From the NCBI GenBank assembly GCA_038040285.1, contig JBBPIN010000010.1:2293-66292 (forward strand): a DNA stretch of 64,000 nt, in the 5' to 3' direction. Positions 23,207 through 36,656 of the stretch are shown piece by piece. The number at the start of each line of letters is the position of its first letter. Within the stretch, counting starts at the first letter, position 1. The notes under the pieces are model-generated. The model did no database searches, was not told where the DNA came from, and saw only the letters and a list, made by a program, of their open reading frames with translations. The position numbers and the translations under genes are program-made. Source of the stretch: Actinomycetota bacterium (GTDB taxonomy: Bacteria > Actinomycetota > Thermoleophilia > Solirubrobacterales > 70-9).

Positions 23207-23431
23207 ATGAAGGCTCGGATACTGATCCGGCCCAAGGAGGGCATCCTCGATCCGCAGGGCAAGGCGGTGGAGCGGGCGCTGCCGGCGCTCGGATTCGAGG
23301 ACGTCTCGCACGTGCGGGTGGGGCGAATGGTCGAGCTGGAGACCGAGGACCCGGGCGAGATCCCGGCGCTGTGCGAGAAATTGCTCGCCAACCCGCTGAT
23401 CGAGGACTTCGAGATAGAGACGATCGAGTGA
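23207..23431 (+). CDS. purS: FGAM synthase subunit PurS
   Basis: 74 aa. The KEGILDPQG motif and its position before purQ. Confidence 0.9.
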   Translation: MKARILIRPKEGILDPQGKAVERALPALGFEDVSHVRVGRMVELETEDPGEIPALCEKLLANPLIEDFEIETIE

Positions 23432-24090
23432 TCTGGGGCGTGGTGCAGTTCCCCGGGTCCTGTGACGAGCGGGACGCCCTTGCCGCCGCCGGGCTGGTCG
23501 GCGAGGCGCGGATGCTCTGGCACGCCGACGACGACCTCGACGGCGTCGATGCGGTCGTCGTCCCGGGAGGCTTCTCCTACGGCGACTACCTGAGGGCCGG
23601 AGCGCTGGCCCGCTTCTCACGCCTGATGGAGGCGCTGGCCGCGTTCGCGCAGCAGGGCGGGCCGGTGCTCGGTATCTGCAACGGCTTTCAGGTCCTCTGC
23701 GAGGCGGGGCTTCTGCCGGGCGCCCTGCTCACCAACGAGAACATCCGCTTCGTCTGCCGCCAGGTCGAGGTCGTTGTGGAGAGCAACCGGTCTCCGTTTA
23801 CGGCTGGGCTTGAGCCCGGCGAGCGGCTGTCGATCCCGGTCAAACACCAGGAGGGGCGCTTTTTCGCCCCCGACGACGTGCTCGACGAACTGGAGTCACG
23901 CGGTCAGGTCGCGCTGCGCTACGCGGCCGACCACAACCCCAACGGCTCGGCTCGCGATATCGCCGGCGTCACCAACGAAACCGGCAACGTGCTCGGCCTG
24001 ATGCCCCACCCCGAACACGCGGTCGACGAGCTGACCGGCTCCGCCGACGGGCTGCGACTGTTCGAGGGCACCGCAGGGGTCGCGGCATGA
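23428..24090 (+). CDS. purQ: FGAM synthase glutaminase subunit PurQ
   Basis: GTG 23428 overlaps the purS stop (GTGA). FPGSCDERD start, GICNGFQ nucleophile elbow and MPHPE motif. Confidence 0.92.
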   Translation: MIWGVVQFPGSCDERDALAAAGLVGEARMLWHADDDLDGVDAVVVPGGFSYGDYLRAGALARFSRLMEALAAFAQQGGPVLGICNGFQVLCEAGLLPGALLTNENIRFVCRQVEVVVESNRSPFTAGLEPGERLSIPVKHQEGRFFAPDDVLDELESRGQVALRYAADHNPNGSARDIAGVTNETGNVLGLMPHPEHAVDELTGSADGLRLFEGTAGVAA

Positions 24091-26294
24091 CCGTGACCGC
24101 GGAGGGCCGCCACCGCGAGTTGGGGCTGACCGACTCCGAGTACGAGCGGATCTGCGAACTGATGGGGCGCGACCCGAACGTCGTCGAGCTGGCGATGTTC
24201 TCGCTGCTGTGGTCGGAGCACTGCGCCTATAAGCACTCGCGCAAGCTGCTGCGTCGGCTGCCGACCGAGGGCGAGCGGGTGGTGATGGGACCGGGCGAGA
24301 ACGCCGGCGCAGTGGACCTGGGGAACGGCTACGCGGCTGCCTTCAAGGTCGAGTCGCACAACCACCCCAGCGCCGTGGAGCCCTTCCAGGGGGCGGCGAC
24401 CGGGGTCGGCGGGATTCTGCGCGACGTCTTCGCGCTGGGTGCCCGGCCGATCGCGGTGCTCGACTCGCTGCGCTTCGGCGAGCTGGACTCGCAGCGCTCG
24501 CGCTACCTGCTCGACGGTGCCGTGCGCGGGATCGGCGCCTACGGCAACTCGATCGGCGTGCCGACGGTCGGCGGCGAGATCTATTTCGAGGCCCCCTACG
24601 AGCACAACTGCCTGGTCAACGCGATGTGCGTGGGGCTGGCGCGGACCGAGGAGATGGTTCGCGCCGCGGCTTCGGGCGTCGGCAACCTGGTCGTGCTGAT
24701 GGGAGCCTCGACGGGGCGAGACGGGATCGGCGGCGCGTCGGTGCTCGCGTCGGCGGAGCTGGAGGAGGGCGAGGAGAAGCGCCCCAGCGTCCAGATCGGC
24801 GATCCCTTCGAGGAGTCGAAGCTGCTGGAGTGCTGCCTGGAGCTGCTTGGGCAGGGGCTGTTGGTGTCGCTGCAGGACCTGGGCGCCGCCGGGCTCACCT
24901 CCTCGGCCGGCGAGATGGCCTCGGCGGGCGGTGTCGGGATCGACATCGACGTAAGCCGCGTGCCATTGCGCGAGGCCGACATGGAGCCCTTCGAGGTCAT
25001 GGTCTCCGAGTCGCAGGAACGGATGCTGGCGGTAGTCGAGCCGGCCAGCCTGGAGCGGGTGCTCGAGCTCTGCGACAAGTGGCAGACGGGAGCGGCGGCA
25101 ATCGGCGAGGTCACCGACAGCGGCCGGATCCGCGTGCTGCGCGGCGAGGAGCTGGTAGGCGACGTGCCCGTGTCGGCGCTGGTCGACGAGTGTCCGCTCT
25201 ACGACCTCCAGCCGCAGGAGCCCGACTCCTGGACCTACGGCAACCGGGCGACGCTCAGCGAGCGGGCCGACGTCCCGGAGGCCCTTCTCGCCCTCCTGGC
25301 CTCGCCCAACGTCGCGTCGAAGCGCTGGGCGTTCGAGCAGTACGACTCGATCGTCGGCTCGCGCACGGTGCGCCGGCCGGAGACCGCCGACGCGGCGGTG
25401 CTGCTCGTACCCGAGGCGGGCGGGGCGATCGCCGTCGCGATCGACGGCAACGGCCGCCGGGTCGCCTGCGACCCCTACCGGGGAACCGTCGAGGCGGTGC
25501 TCGAGTGCGCGGCCAACCTCGCCTGCGTCGGCGCCGAGCCGCTCGGGCTCACCAACTGCCTCAACTTCGGCAACCCCGAGAAGCCGGGTCCGGCCTGGCA
25601 GCTCGACCGGGCGGTGACCGGCCTCGCCGACGCCTGCGAGGAGCTCCGCGTGCCTGTGGTCGGCGGCAACGTGTCGCTGTACAACGAAGGCCCCGAGGGG
25701 GCGATCTACCCGACGCCGGTGATCGGCATGGTCGGCGAGCTTCCCGATCCGCGGCAAGCGGCGGGGACGGGGTTCGCGCGCGAGGGCGACGCGATCGCCC
25801 TCGCCGGTCCGTTTGCACCCTCCCTGGCCGGCTCGGAGCTGGCGAAGCTGCGCGGCGAGCTTGACCTCGGGTTGCCCGGCGTGGACCTCGCCGTCATCTG
25901 TGCCGCAATCGCGGGCCTGCGCGAGGCGGTGCGCTCAGGCGCCGTCGCCTCCGCGCACGACGTCAGCGACGGTGGGCTGGCCTGCGCGCTGGCCGAGTGC
26001 GCGATCGCCGCCGGGCTCGGCTGCAAGGTCGACCTCGACCCCCTGGTCGAGGAGCGCGGCGGGTCCGGCGAGACGACGATGTTCGGCGAGGGACCGGGCG
26101 GATTCGTGCTCAGCGGTGAGCGGGCTGGGCTCGAAGACCTGGTGTCGGATGAGCTGCCCGTGCTGGTGATCGGCGAGGTGGGCGGCGAGACGATCGAGAT
26201 CGAGGCCGCCGAGCAGTCGCTGTCGATCCCTCTTGCTGAGGCCGAGGGCGCCTGGCGCTCGCTGGCGCAGCGGGCCGAGGCCGCCGCCGTCTAG
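24087..26294 (+). CDS. purL: FGAM synthase subunit PurL
   Basis: 735 aa with an ATGA overlap with pur[10 protein letters not shown] and ESHNHPS motifs. Confidence 0.96.
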   Translation: MTVTAEGRHRELGLTDSEYERICELMGRDPNVVELAMFSLLWSEHCAYKHSRKLLRRLPTEGERVVMGPGENAGAVDLGNGYAAAFKVESHNHPSAVEPFQGAATGVGGILRDVFALGARPIAVLDSLRFGELDSQRSRYLLDGAVRGIGAYGNSIGVPTVGGEIYFEAPYEHNCLVNAMCVGLARTEEMVRAAASGVGNLVVLMGASTGRDGIGGASVLASAELEEGEEKRPSVQIGDPFEESKLLECCLELLGQGLLVSLQDLGAAGLTSSAGEMASAGGVGIDIDVSRVPLREADMEPFEVMVSESQERMLAVVEPASLERVLELCDKWQTGAAAIGEVTDSGRIRVLRGEELVGDVPVSALVDECPLYDLQPQEPDSWTYGNRATLSERADVPEALLALLASPNVASKRWAFEQYDSIVGSRTVRRPETADAAVLLVPEAGGAIAVAIDGNGRRVACDPYRGTVEAVLECAANLACVGAEPLGLTNCLNFGNPEKPGPAWQLDRAVTGLADACEELRVPVVGGNVSLYNEGPEGAIYPTPVIGMVGELPDPRQAAGTGFAREGDAIALAGPFAPSLAGSELAKLRGELDLGLPGVDLAVICAAIAGLREAVRSGAVASAHDVSDGGLACALAECAIAAGLGCKVDLDPLVEERGGSGETTMFGEGPGGFVLSGERAGLEDLVSDELPVLVIGEVGGETIEIEAAEQSLSIPLAEAEGAWRSLAQRAEAAAV

Positions 26295-26700
26295 GGCTCC
26301 AGTCCCGCTGCGGCACGCGCTTTGGCGAGGTCGGTGAAGACCATGGAGGCCTTCACGCTGCTGCCCTCGTAGCTGACGATCTGGACGTACTCGATTTCGA
26401 CGTCGACGCCGCTGCGCGTCCCAGTTCCGGCCTGGGTGAGGCGTGCGAACAGGCGGCCGTCGTCGAGCTCGAACGCCTCCTCGAGCTCGAGCTGGGTCGG
26501 TCCCAGGGCTTCCCTCCATCCGCGGGCGAAGCGCAGATATTCATCTATCCCCCGGTAGATTCCGGTCCCCCCGGGATGTCCGACTGAGTCAGGTCCCATT
26601 CGAAGTCCGGGGTGGCTTCGGCAAGGATCTCCTCGAGATCGCCCTTGTTCCACCAGTCGATGACTCGCTCGAACAGCTCCACCTTCTGTTGCTCGTTCAC
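26291..26700 (-). pseudogene. SnoaL-like / NTF2-fold protein with a 1-nt frameshift
   Basis: The N-terminal part reads from GTG 26700 (VNEQQKVELFERVIDWWNKGDLEEILAEATPDFEWDLTQSDIPGG). It stops after the C6 run at 26567..26572. The C-terminal part (TGIYRGIDEYLRFARGW...) continues in another frame to 26291. Total length is 410 nt, so adding 1 nt would give 137 codons. Confidence 0.7.
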
Positions 26701-26840
26701 GCGGAGGCGAGTCTAGGACCACGTCCACCACAAGGGCTGAGCGAGCCGCTGCAGCCCGATCCGGGTCCGTTGCTACCCTGCCGATGTAGGCACTGTGCCT
26801 GCGCGTCCCGTTCCTCTATCTGTCGAGGCAAACGCGCCCT

Positions 26841-28289
26841 TTGACCGCTACTGAGCGGCTGCATCTAGAACGCGAGGGTCCCCGCGACGAGTGCGGCGTC
26901 TTCGGCGTATACGCGCCCGGACGCGACGTCGCCCGCCTCGCCTACTTCGGCCTCTTTGCGCTCCAGCATCGCGGCCAGGAGTCGGCCGGGATCGCCACAT
27001 GCGAGGGCGGCCACATCACCACCCTTCGCGACGCCGGATTGGTCTCGCAGGTCTTCAACGAGGACAAGCTGCGGGCGCTGGAAGGCGACATGGCGATCGG
27101 CCACGTTCGCTACTCGACCACCGGCGGCGGATCGTGGGAGAACGCGCAGCCGGTCTGGCGCGATGACGGGCGCGAGCTGGCACTCGCCCACAACGGCAAC
27201 CTGACCAACGCGGTCGAGCTCTACAACGAGCTGCGCAAGGCCGGCATCGAGTTCCGCGGCACCTCCGACTCGGAGATCATGGCCGCGCTTCTGTCCTCCA
27301 ACGAGGGGCGCTTCATCGAGGACGCGGTTGCCGACGTGGTACCTCGCTTGGAGGGCGCGTACTCGACCGTGGTGATGACCAAGCATGCGATCGTCGCCTT
27401 CCGCGACCCCTACGGGGTGCGTCCGCTGTCGCTCGGCCGACTCGGCGACCGCTACGTGGTCGCCTCCGAGAGCTGCGCCTTCGACATCATCGGCGCCGAG
27501 CTGCTGCGTGAGGTACACCCGGGGGAGATGGTCTCGCTCAGCGAGCGCGGCTTGGAGGTTCGCCAGGTCGTCCGATCCGACCGTCCCGCCTTCTGCGTGT
27601 TCGAGCAGATCTACTTCTCGCGGCCCGACTCGCGGCTGGAGGGAGGCGTGCTGCAGCAGGTGCGCGGCAAGATGGGTGAGATCCTCTGGCGCGAGGCGCC
27701 GGTCGAGGCCGACCTCGTGATCTCGGTCCCCGACTCCGGCCACCCGGCCGCCAACGGCTTCGCCCGCGCCTCCGGGATCCCTCAGGACGACGGCCTGATC
27801 AAGAACCGCTACGTCCAGCGCACTTTCATCCAGCCCGGCCAGGAGCTGCGCAAACACGGGCTGCGGATGAAGTTCAACCCGCTGCCGGAGATCGTCGAAG
27901 GCAAGCGCCTCGTTGTCGTCGACGACTCGATCGTGCGCGGCAACACCACCCGGCAGATCGTCGGCATGCTGCGCGACGCCGGCGCCCTGGAGATCCATCT
28001 GCGCATCTCGGCGCCCCCGATCCGCCACCCCTGCCACTACGGGATCGACATGTCGACGCGCGAGGAGATGATCGCCCACGGGCGAACCATCGACGAGGTC
28101 GCCGAGGAGCTCGGCGCCGACTCGCTCGCCTACCTGTCGATGGAGGGCGTCTACGAGGCGGTGGGCAGCGGGCCGGAGGCCCACTGCGACGCCTGCTTCA
28201 CCGGCCGTTACCCGCTCGGCGGCGACCCCGACTCCGCGAACGGCAAGTTCGCCCTCGAGGAGATCGAGGTCGTCCCGGCCAGCCGCTAA
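26841..28289 (+). CDS. purF: Amidophosphoribosyltransferase
   Basis: Propeptide followed by the catalytic CGVFGV. PRPP-binding VVVDDSIVRGNT motif. TTG start. Confidence 0.95.
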   Translation: MTATERLHLEREGPRDECGVFGVYAPGRDVARLAYFGLFALQHRGQESAGIATCEGGHITTLRDAGLVSQVFNEDKLRALEGDMAIGHVRYSTTGGGSWENAQPVWRDDGRELALAHNGNLTNAVELYNELRKAGIEFRGTSDSEIMAALLSSNEGRFIEDAVADVVPRLEGAYSTVVMTKHAIVAFRDPYGVRPLSLGRLGDRYVVASESCAFDIIGAELLREVHPGEMVSLSERGLEVRQVVRSDRPAFCVFEQIYFSRPDSRLEGGVLQQVRGKMGEILWREAPVEADLVISVPDSGHPAANGFARASGIPQDDGLIKNRYVQRTFIQPGQELRKHGLRMKFNPLPEIVEGKRLVVVDDSIVRGNTTRQIVGMLRDAGALEIHLRISAPPIRHPCHYGIDMSTREEMIAHGRTIDEVAEELGADSLAYLSMEGVYEAVGSGPEAHCDACFTGRYPLGGDPDSANGKFALEEIEVVPASR

Positions 28290-28293
28290 CCGC

Positions 28294-28904
28294 GTGGCGG
28301 ACTTCAAGCTCTGCGTGCTCGCCTCGGGCTCCGGCACCAACCTGCAGGCGATCATCGACCAGCTCCACGGCAACGACGGGATCGAAGTCGCCGGAGTCGC
28401 CTCCGACAAGGCCGACGCGATGGCCTTGCGGCGGGCCGGCGAAGCGGGAATCGAGACCGCGGTCTTTGCCCGCGACGAGCACCCCAGCCGCGAGGCTCGC
28501 GACGGGGCGATCGCGGATTGGATCGAGGCGCGAGGCGCCGATCTGGTCGTCCTGGCCGGCTACATGCAGCTGCTCTCCCCCTCCTTCGTCGCCCGCTTCC
28601 CGAACCGGATCGTCAACGTGCACCCCGCGCTGCTGCCTTCCTTCCCGGGGCTGGACGCGGTCGGCCAGGCGCTCGAGCACGGCGTCAGGATCACCGGCGT
28701 CACCGTCCACTTCGTCGACGACGGGGTCGACTCGGGGCCGATCATCGTCCAGCGACCGGTGCCGATCCCGCCCGACCGCGACCGGGCGGCGCTGGAGGAG
28801 ACGATCCACGCGACCGAGCACGCCCTCTATCCGGAGGCGATCAAACTGATAGCCCAGGGCAGGGTTAGGATCGACCCCTCCAATCCACGCATTGTGTTGA
28901 GCGA

Positions 28905-28908
<4 letters not shown>
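28294..28908 (+). CDS. purN: Phosphoribosylglycinamide formyltransferase
   Basis: 204 aa. LASGSGTNLQAI and NVHPALLPSFPG motifs. Confidence 0.93.
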
Positions 28909-30557
<1,649 letters not shown>

Positions 30558-30570
30558 CGCACCGAGTCGA

Positions 30571-30643
30571 TGGGCCCCCTGGGACTCGAACCCAGTCTGC
30601 CGGCTTAAAAGGCCGGACGTCTAACCCGTTGACTTAGAGGCCC
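30571..30643 (-). tRNA. tRNA-Lys (anticodon TTT)
   Basis: Reverse complement is GGGCCTCTAAGTCAACGGGTTAGACGTCCGGCCTTTTAAGCCGGCAGACTGGGTTCGAGTCCCAGGGGGCCCA. 7-bp acceptor stem, anticodon stem CCGGC/GCCGG with loop CTTTTAA, and a TTCGAGT T-loop. CCA is not encoded. Confidence 0.88.
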
Positions 30644-30727
30644 GCCGCGATAGTAACCGCGCTTAGCACTGGTCCCAACGCTCGAAATAGAGTCAACTCC
30701 TTCGAACCCACGAAAGAAAGGCCAGGC

Positions 30728-31021
30728 ATGGCTTACGCGATCGTCCATCACTTCCCCAGCGGCACGCAGGAGCAGTACGAGAACTCGCTAGGGGCCGTTC
30801 ACCCCGACGGCGGGGAGTCGCTGCCCGAGGGGCAGACGCTGCACATCGCGGGCGCGACCGACGACGGCGGTTGGGTCATCGTCGCGGTTCACGAAGACAA
30901 GGGATCGTGGGAGCGCTTTCGCGATGACGTGCTTGGCCCCGGGCTCCAAGGGGTAGAGGGCGGATTGCAGGGCCCGCCCGAAGAGACGGGCTTCGAGGTC
31001 CACAAGCAGCAGACTGCCTAA
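30728..31021 (+). CDS. Hypothetical small protein
   Basis: 97-aa ORF with a GAAAGAAAGG purine-rich ribosome-binding site and GC3-rich codons. No family recognised with confidence. Confidence 0.5.
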   Translation: MAYAIVHHFPSGTQEQYENSLGAVHPDGGESLPEGQTLHIAGATDDGGWVIVAVHEDKGSWERFRDDVLGPGLQGVEGGLQGPPEETGFEVHKQQTA

Positions 31022-31026
31022 GCGCC

Positions 31027-33104
<2,078 letters not shown>

Positions 33105-33118
33105 TCGGTCCTCGGTCC

Positions 33119-33218
33119 GGAGCCCTCGCGCCCATTCCCTACACCGGCATTACCCGGATCAGGTTCAGACGGTCGGCGGCGCCTTAGCCGCCCTCTCAGC
33201 CCTTGGCTTGAGGGCTCC
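33119..33218 (-). promoter_or_regulatory. TPP (THI-box) riboswitch controlling thiO-thiSG
   Basis: On the minus strand there is a 9-bp P1 stem, GGAGCCCTC (33210..33218) paired with GAGGGCTCC (33119..33127). It also has the GGCTGAGAGG element and the AACCTGATCCGGGTAATGCCGGTGTAGGGA pyrimidine-sensing arm. Confidence 0.88.
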
Positions 33219-33311
33219 CGTTGTCCAACGATCGTACTCCTCCACCCATTGCCCCCGCGGGCGGGCGATAATCGTGCCTGTGCCCGGTCGACTACAACCC
33301 GCCGCTAGCCC

Positions 33312-33992
33312 ATGAGCCTCGCCACCCCCGACGCCGCCGGCCCCCTGCGCCGCGAACGCCTGCGCACCGCGCGCCTCTACTTCGTCTGCGACGCGCGGCC
33401 CCATGGCGAGGACCCTGAGGCGATGGTGCGGGCAGCGCTCAACGGAGGCGTCGACATCGTGCAGCTGCGCGAGAAGGAGCTGGACAAGCGCGCGATCGAG
33501 GTCGCCGGGGCCACCTTCCGGCGCCTTTGCGACACCTACAGCGCCCTGTTCATCGTCAACGACGATCCCGCCCTGGCGATTTCGTGCCGGGCCGACGGGG
33601 TGCATCTGGGACAGGACGACCTGGCCGTCGCCGATGCCCGGGCGGCGCTCGGTGCGGACGTTCTGATCGGGCTCTCCACCCACTCGCGCGAGCAGATCGA
33701 CGGCGCCGCGGGCGCCGACTACGTCAGCGTCGGCCCGGTCTGGGAGACGCCGACCAAGGAGGGACGCCCGGCGGTCGGCCTGGAGCTGGTCCGCTACGCG
33801 GCCCAGCATGCGCCGCTGCCCTTCTACGCGATCGGCGGCATCGACCCGTCGAACGCGGCGCAGGTGGTCGGCGCGGGGGCGCGGCGGCTCTGCGTGGTGC
33901 GGGCGATCCGCGACGCCGACGATCCTGCGGCTGCGGCGGACCTGCTGCGGCGGACGTTTGCGGGGATCGGCGACGAGGCCCCCGGTGGCTAG
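33312..33992 (+). CDS. thiE: Thiamine-phosphate synthase
   Basis: 226 aa. LYFVCD, VQLREKE, GVHLGQDD and YVSVGPVWETPTK motifs. Confidence 0.92.
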   Translation: MSLATPDAAGPLRRERLRTARLYFVCDARPHGEDPEAMVRAALNGGVDIVQLREKELDKRAIEVAGATFRRLCDTYSALFIVNDDPALAISCRADGVHLGQDDLAVADARAALGADVLIGLSTHSREQIDGAAGADYVSVGPVWETPTKEGRPAVGLELVRYAAQHAPLPFYAIGGIDPSNAAQVVGAGARRLCVVRAIRDADDPAAAADLLRRTFAGIGDEAPGG

Positions 33993-34494
33993 CCGCGAGC
34001 GCAAGCGCGCCGAGCGGCAGAAGCGCAAGGCGCGAAGCGGCTCCTCCATCGAACGCGGCTACGCGAAGGCCGAGCAGCGCAACCGCGAGGTGCGCGAGGC
34101 CCTCGAGCCGCTGCACGAGGACGAGCGTCCGCTCGTGGTCACGATCGGCGCCGTGATCTCGGCGCTGATCGTGATCTCGATCCTGATCGGCTACGCGAGT
34201 GGAGTGAAGGTGAACGGCAGCCGACCGGCGCTCGTGCAGGCGCTCTCCCCTGCGTTTCTGATGGGGGTCATGTCGTGGGGAATGTGGCGAGCGCGCTACT
34301 GGGCCGTGCTCGGCTTTCAGACGATCCTGCTGTTCCTGATCTTCGCCGCGGCCTTCGGGCTCGCCCTGGGGGCGGCGTCGGCGGCGCAGATCTTCGCCGA
34401 CCTCGCCCTGCTCGCCATCGCAGGCACCTTCTTCTACTTCATGATCAAGGCGATGGCGCGGATCCAGATGCCGCACCGCCTCCCGAGGGACTGA
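33985..34494 (+). CDS. Hypothetical integral membrane protein
   Basis: GTG 33985 overlaps the thiE end. A basic N-terminus (RERKRAERQKRKAR) is followed by four hydrophobic segments. Confidence 0.55.
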   Translation: MASRERKRAERQKRKARSGSSIERGYAKAEQRNREVREALEPLHEDERPLVVTIGAVISALIVISILIGYASGVKVNGSRPALVQALSPAFLMGVMSWGMWRARYWAVLGFQTILLFLIFAAAFGLALGAASAAQIFADLALLAIAGTFFYFMIKAMARIQMPHRLPRD

Positions 34495-34584
34495 GCCGCG
34501 TCCTAGCGTCGTATAGGCTCGGCCGGTGAGCGCGAGGCTCATAAAGAGAGCTTGGCCTTGGGCCGAGCGCGAACCTACTTTGTG

Positions 34585-35952
34585 ATGGCCGACGCGTACG
34601 ACGTGATCGTTATCGGCGGTGGACCGGGCGGCTACGTGGCCGCCATCCGCGCCGCTCAGCTGGGTCAGAAGACAGCCGTCGTCGAGAAGGACAAGCCAGG
34701 CGGGCGCTGCCTGAACTACGCCTGTATCCCGGCGAAGACGATGTTGCACACGGCGGAGGTCTTCGACCACGCCCGCAACGGCGCCGAGCTGGGTGTCGTG
34801 GCCGCGGACGCGAGCCTCGACTGGGGTGCGCTGGGCGAGCGCCGCACAAAGGTCTCCGAGACGCTGGCCGGCGGCGTGAAGATGCTCTGGGACAAGAACA
34901 AGATCGAGATGATCGCGGGCGAGGGCTCGCTGACCGCAGACGGCAACGTCAAGGTGGGGCGCAAGACCTACGAGGCGGGCGCGGTCGTCCTCGCCACCGG
35001 CTCGGTGGCGATGCCCATCCCCGGGGTCGAGTTCGGCGGCCGCGTCGTCGAGACCTGGGGCGCCTGGTCGCTGCCCGACCAGCCGGCCAAGATCGCGGTG
35101 GTCGGAGCCGGCGCCTCGGGCGCCGAGATCGCCTCCGCCTACGTTCGCTTCGGCAGCGAGGTGACGCTGATCGAGATGCTCGACCGGATCCTCCCCGCCG
35201 AGGACAAGGACATGGCGCGGGTCGTGGAGCGCCACTTCAAGAAGCAGGGCGTCACGATCTCCACCGGCACCCCTGTGGAGAAGGTCGAGGCCGGAAGCGA
35301 CTCGGTGAAGGTCGGCTTCGGCGACCAGACGATCGAGGTCGACTATCTGTGCATCGCCGGCGGCCGCGCACCGGACACCGAGGTGCTCGGCCTCTCCGAC
35401 GCCGGGATAAAGACCGGCGACGGTGGGCGGATCGAGATCGACGAGTACCAGCGGACCACGAACGAGAAGGTCTACGCGATCGGAGACCTCGTGCGCGGCC
35501 CCGCGCTCGCCCACAAGGCATCGGAGGAGGGGGTCGTCGCGGTGGAGCGGATCGCCGGCGCCGAGACGCACCCGGTCGACGTCAACCTCGTCGCGGGAGC
35601 GACCTTTTGCGAGCCGCAGGTGGCGAGCGTCGGCCTCACCGAAGCGCAAGCGAAAGACACCGGCAAGGAGATCAAGGTCGGCAAGTTCAAGCTCGGCGGC
35701 GCCGGGGCGTCGGTCGTCTACGACGATCGCGAGGGCCTGGTCAAGCTCATCGCCGACTCGGAGTACGGCGAGATCCTCGGCGCGCACGTGGTCGGCAACC
35801 GCGCCTGCGACATGATCGCCGAGTTGGTCGACACGATGGCCCTCGAGGGCGGCTACCAGGAGCTGGCGCGGATAGTCCACCCCCATCCGACGATGTCCGA
35901 GGCGGTCCTCGACGCAGCCCGCGCCGTGGACGGCTGGGCGATCCACGCGTAG
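34585..35952 (+). CDS. lpdA: Dihydrolipoyl dehydrogenase (E3)
   Basis: YDVIVIGGGPGGY FAD-binding fold, redox-active CLNYACIPAK and a C-terminal HPHPTMSE motif. ATG 34585 is preferred over the upstream start. Confidence 0.93.
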   Translation: MADAYDVIVIGGGPGGYVAAIRAAQLGQKTAVVEKDKPGGRCLNYACIPAKTMLHTAEVFDHARNGAELGVVAADASLDWGALGERRTKVSETLAGGVKMLWDKNKIEMIAGEGSLTADGNVKVGRKTYEAGAVVLATGSVAMPIPGVEFGGRVVETWGAWSLPDQPAKIAVVGAGASGAEIASAYVRFGSEVTLIEMLDRILPAEDKDMARVVERHFKKQGVTISTGTPVEKVEAGSDSVKVGFGDQTIEVDYLCIAGGRAPDTEVLGLSDAGIKTGDGGRIEIDEYQRTTNEKVYAIGDLVRGPALAHKASEEGVVAVERIAGAETHPVDVNLVAGATFCEPQVASVGLTEAQAKDTGKEIKVGKFKLGGAGASVVYDDREGLVKLIADSEYGEILGAHVVGNRACDMIAELVDTMALEGGYQELARIVHPHPTMSEAVLDAARAVDGWAIHA

Positions 35953-36611
35953 TGCCGGAAACCCCGCCGGCCCCGGACGAATCCGAGCAAGCTCGGATCA
36001 CCGGTCGCCTTCGGCTCCCTGGGAGGAGCCGGCGGGCATTGTTCTACTTCGACCTCGGCTCGCCCTACGCCTATCTCGCCGCCGAGCGGGTCAACGGGCT
36101 GTTCGCCGAGAATGGTCTCGAGGCTCCCGAGTGGCAGCCGATCCTGCTGGGCGGGCTGTTCAAGCGCTTCGGCCGAGGGTCATGGGCCGAGACGCCGGAG
36201 CGGCAGGCCGGAATCGCCGAAGTGGAGCGGCGTGCCGCCGACTACGACTTGCCCGCGATCCGCTGGCCCGAGCCGTTCCCCGGCAACACCCTGGCGGCGA
36301 TGCGGGCGGCCACCTACGCGAAGCAGACCGGCCGCACCGTGGCCTTTGCCCTCGCCGCCTTCCGCCAGGCCTTCGCCGCCGGGCGGGACCTCAGCGAACC
36401 CGAGAACGTGCTGATCGCCGCGGCGGCCTGCGAGCTGCACCCGGCCGCGGTGCTGAAAGCGATCGAGACGACCGGGGTCAAGGACGCCCTGCGCGATGCG
36501 ACCGAGGCCGCCGGAGATCTCGGGGTGCAGGGCGTGCCGAGCCTGGTGGTGGGCGACGAAGTCTTCTGGGGTGACGACCGCCTCGAGGATGCGATCGCCG
36601 CCGCTGCCTGA
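35952..36611 (+). CDS. DsbA-family 2-hydroxychromene-2-carboxylate isomerase-like protein
   Basis: FYFDLGSPYAYL N-terminus and a GVPSLVVGDEVFWGDDRL C-terminus, as in the HCCA isomerase / DsbA-like family. The start is uncertain: GTG 35952 in a TAGTG junction, or a TTG about 90 nt downstream. Confidence 0.75.
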   Translation: MPETPPAPDESEQARITGRLRLPGRSRRALFYFDLGSPYAYLAAERVNGLFAENGLEAPEWQPILLGGLFKRFGRGSWAETPERQAGIAEVERRAADYDLPAIRWPEPFPGNTLAAMRAATYAKQTGRTVAFALAAFRQAFAAGRDLSEPENVLIAAAACELHPAAVLKAIETTGVKDALRDATEAAGDLGVQGVPSLVVGDEVFWGDDRLEDAIAAAA

Positions 36612-36656
36612 CCTTCTCCCACTCGGGTTCCCGCACCGGCAGGCCCCTTAGCTAAG

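Noticed and set aside
30663-30671. TTAGCACTG, which resembles the left half of a CIRCE (HrcA) operator.
   Set aside because: There is no GAGTGCTAA partner at the N9 spacing. The downstream gene is an uncharacterised 97-aa ORF rather than a chaperonin, and no hrcA or groEL context is present.
33219-33311. A second TPP riboswitch on the plus strand for thiE.
   Set aside because: There is no CTGAGA element, pyrimidine-sensor arm or P1 pairing on the plus strand.
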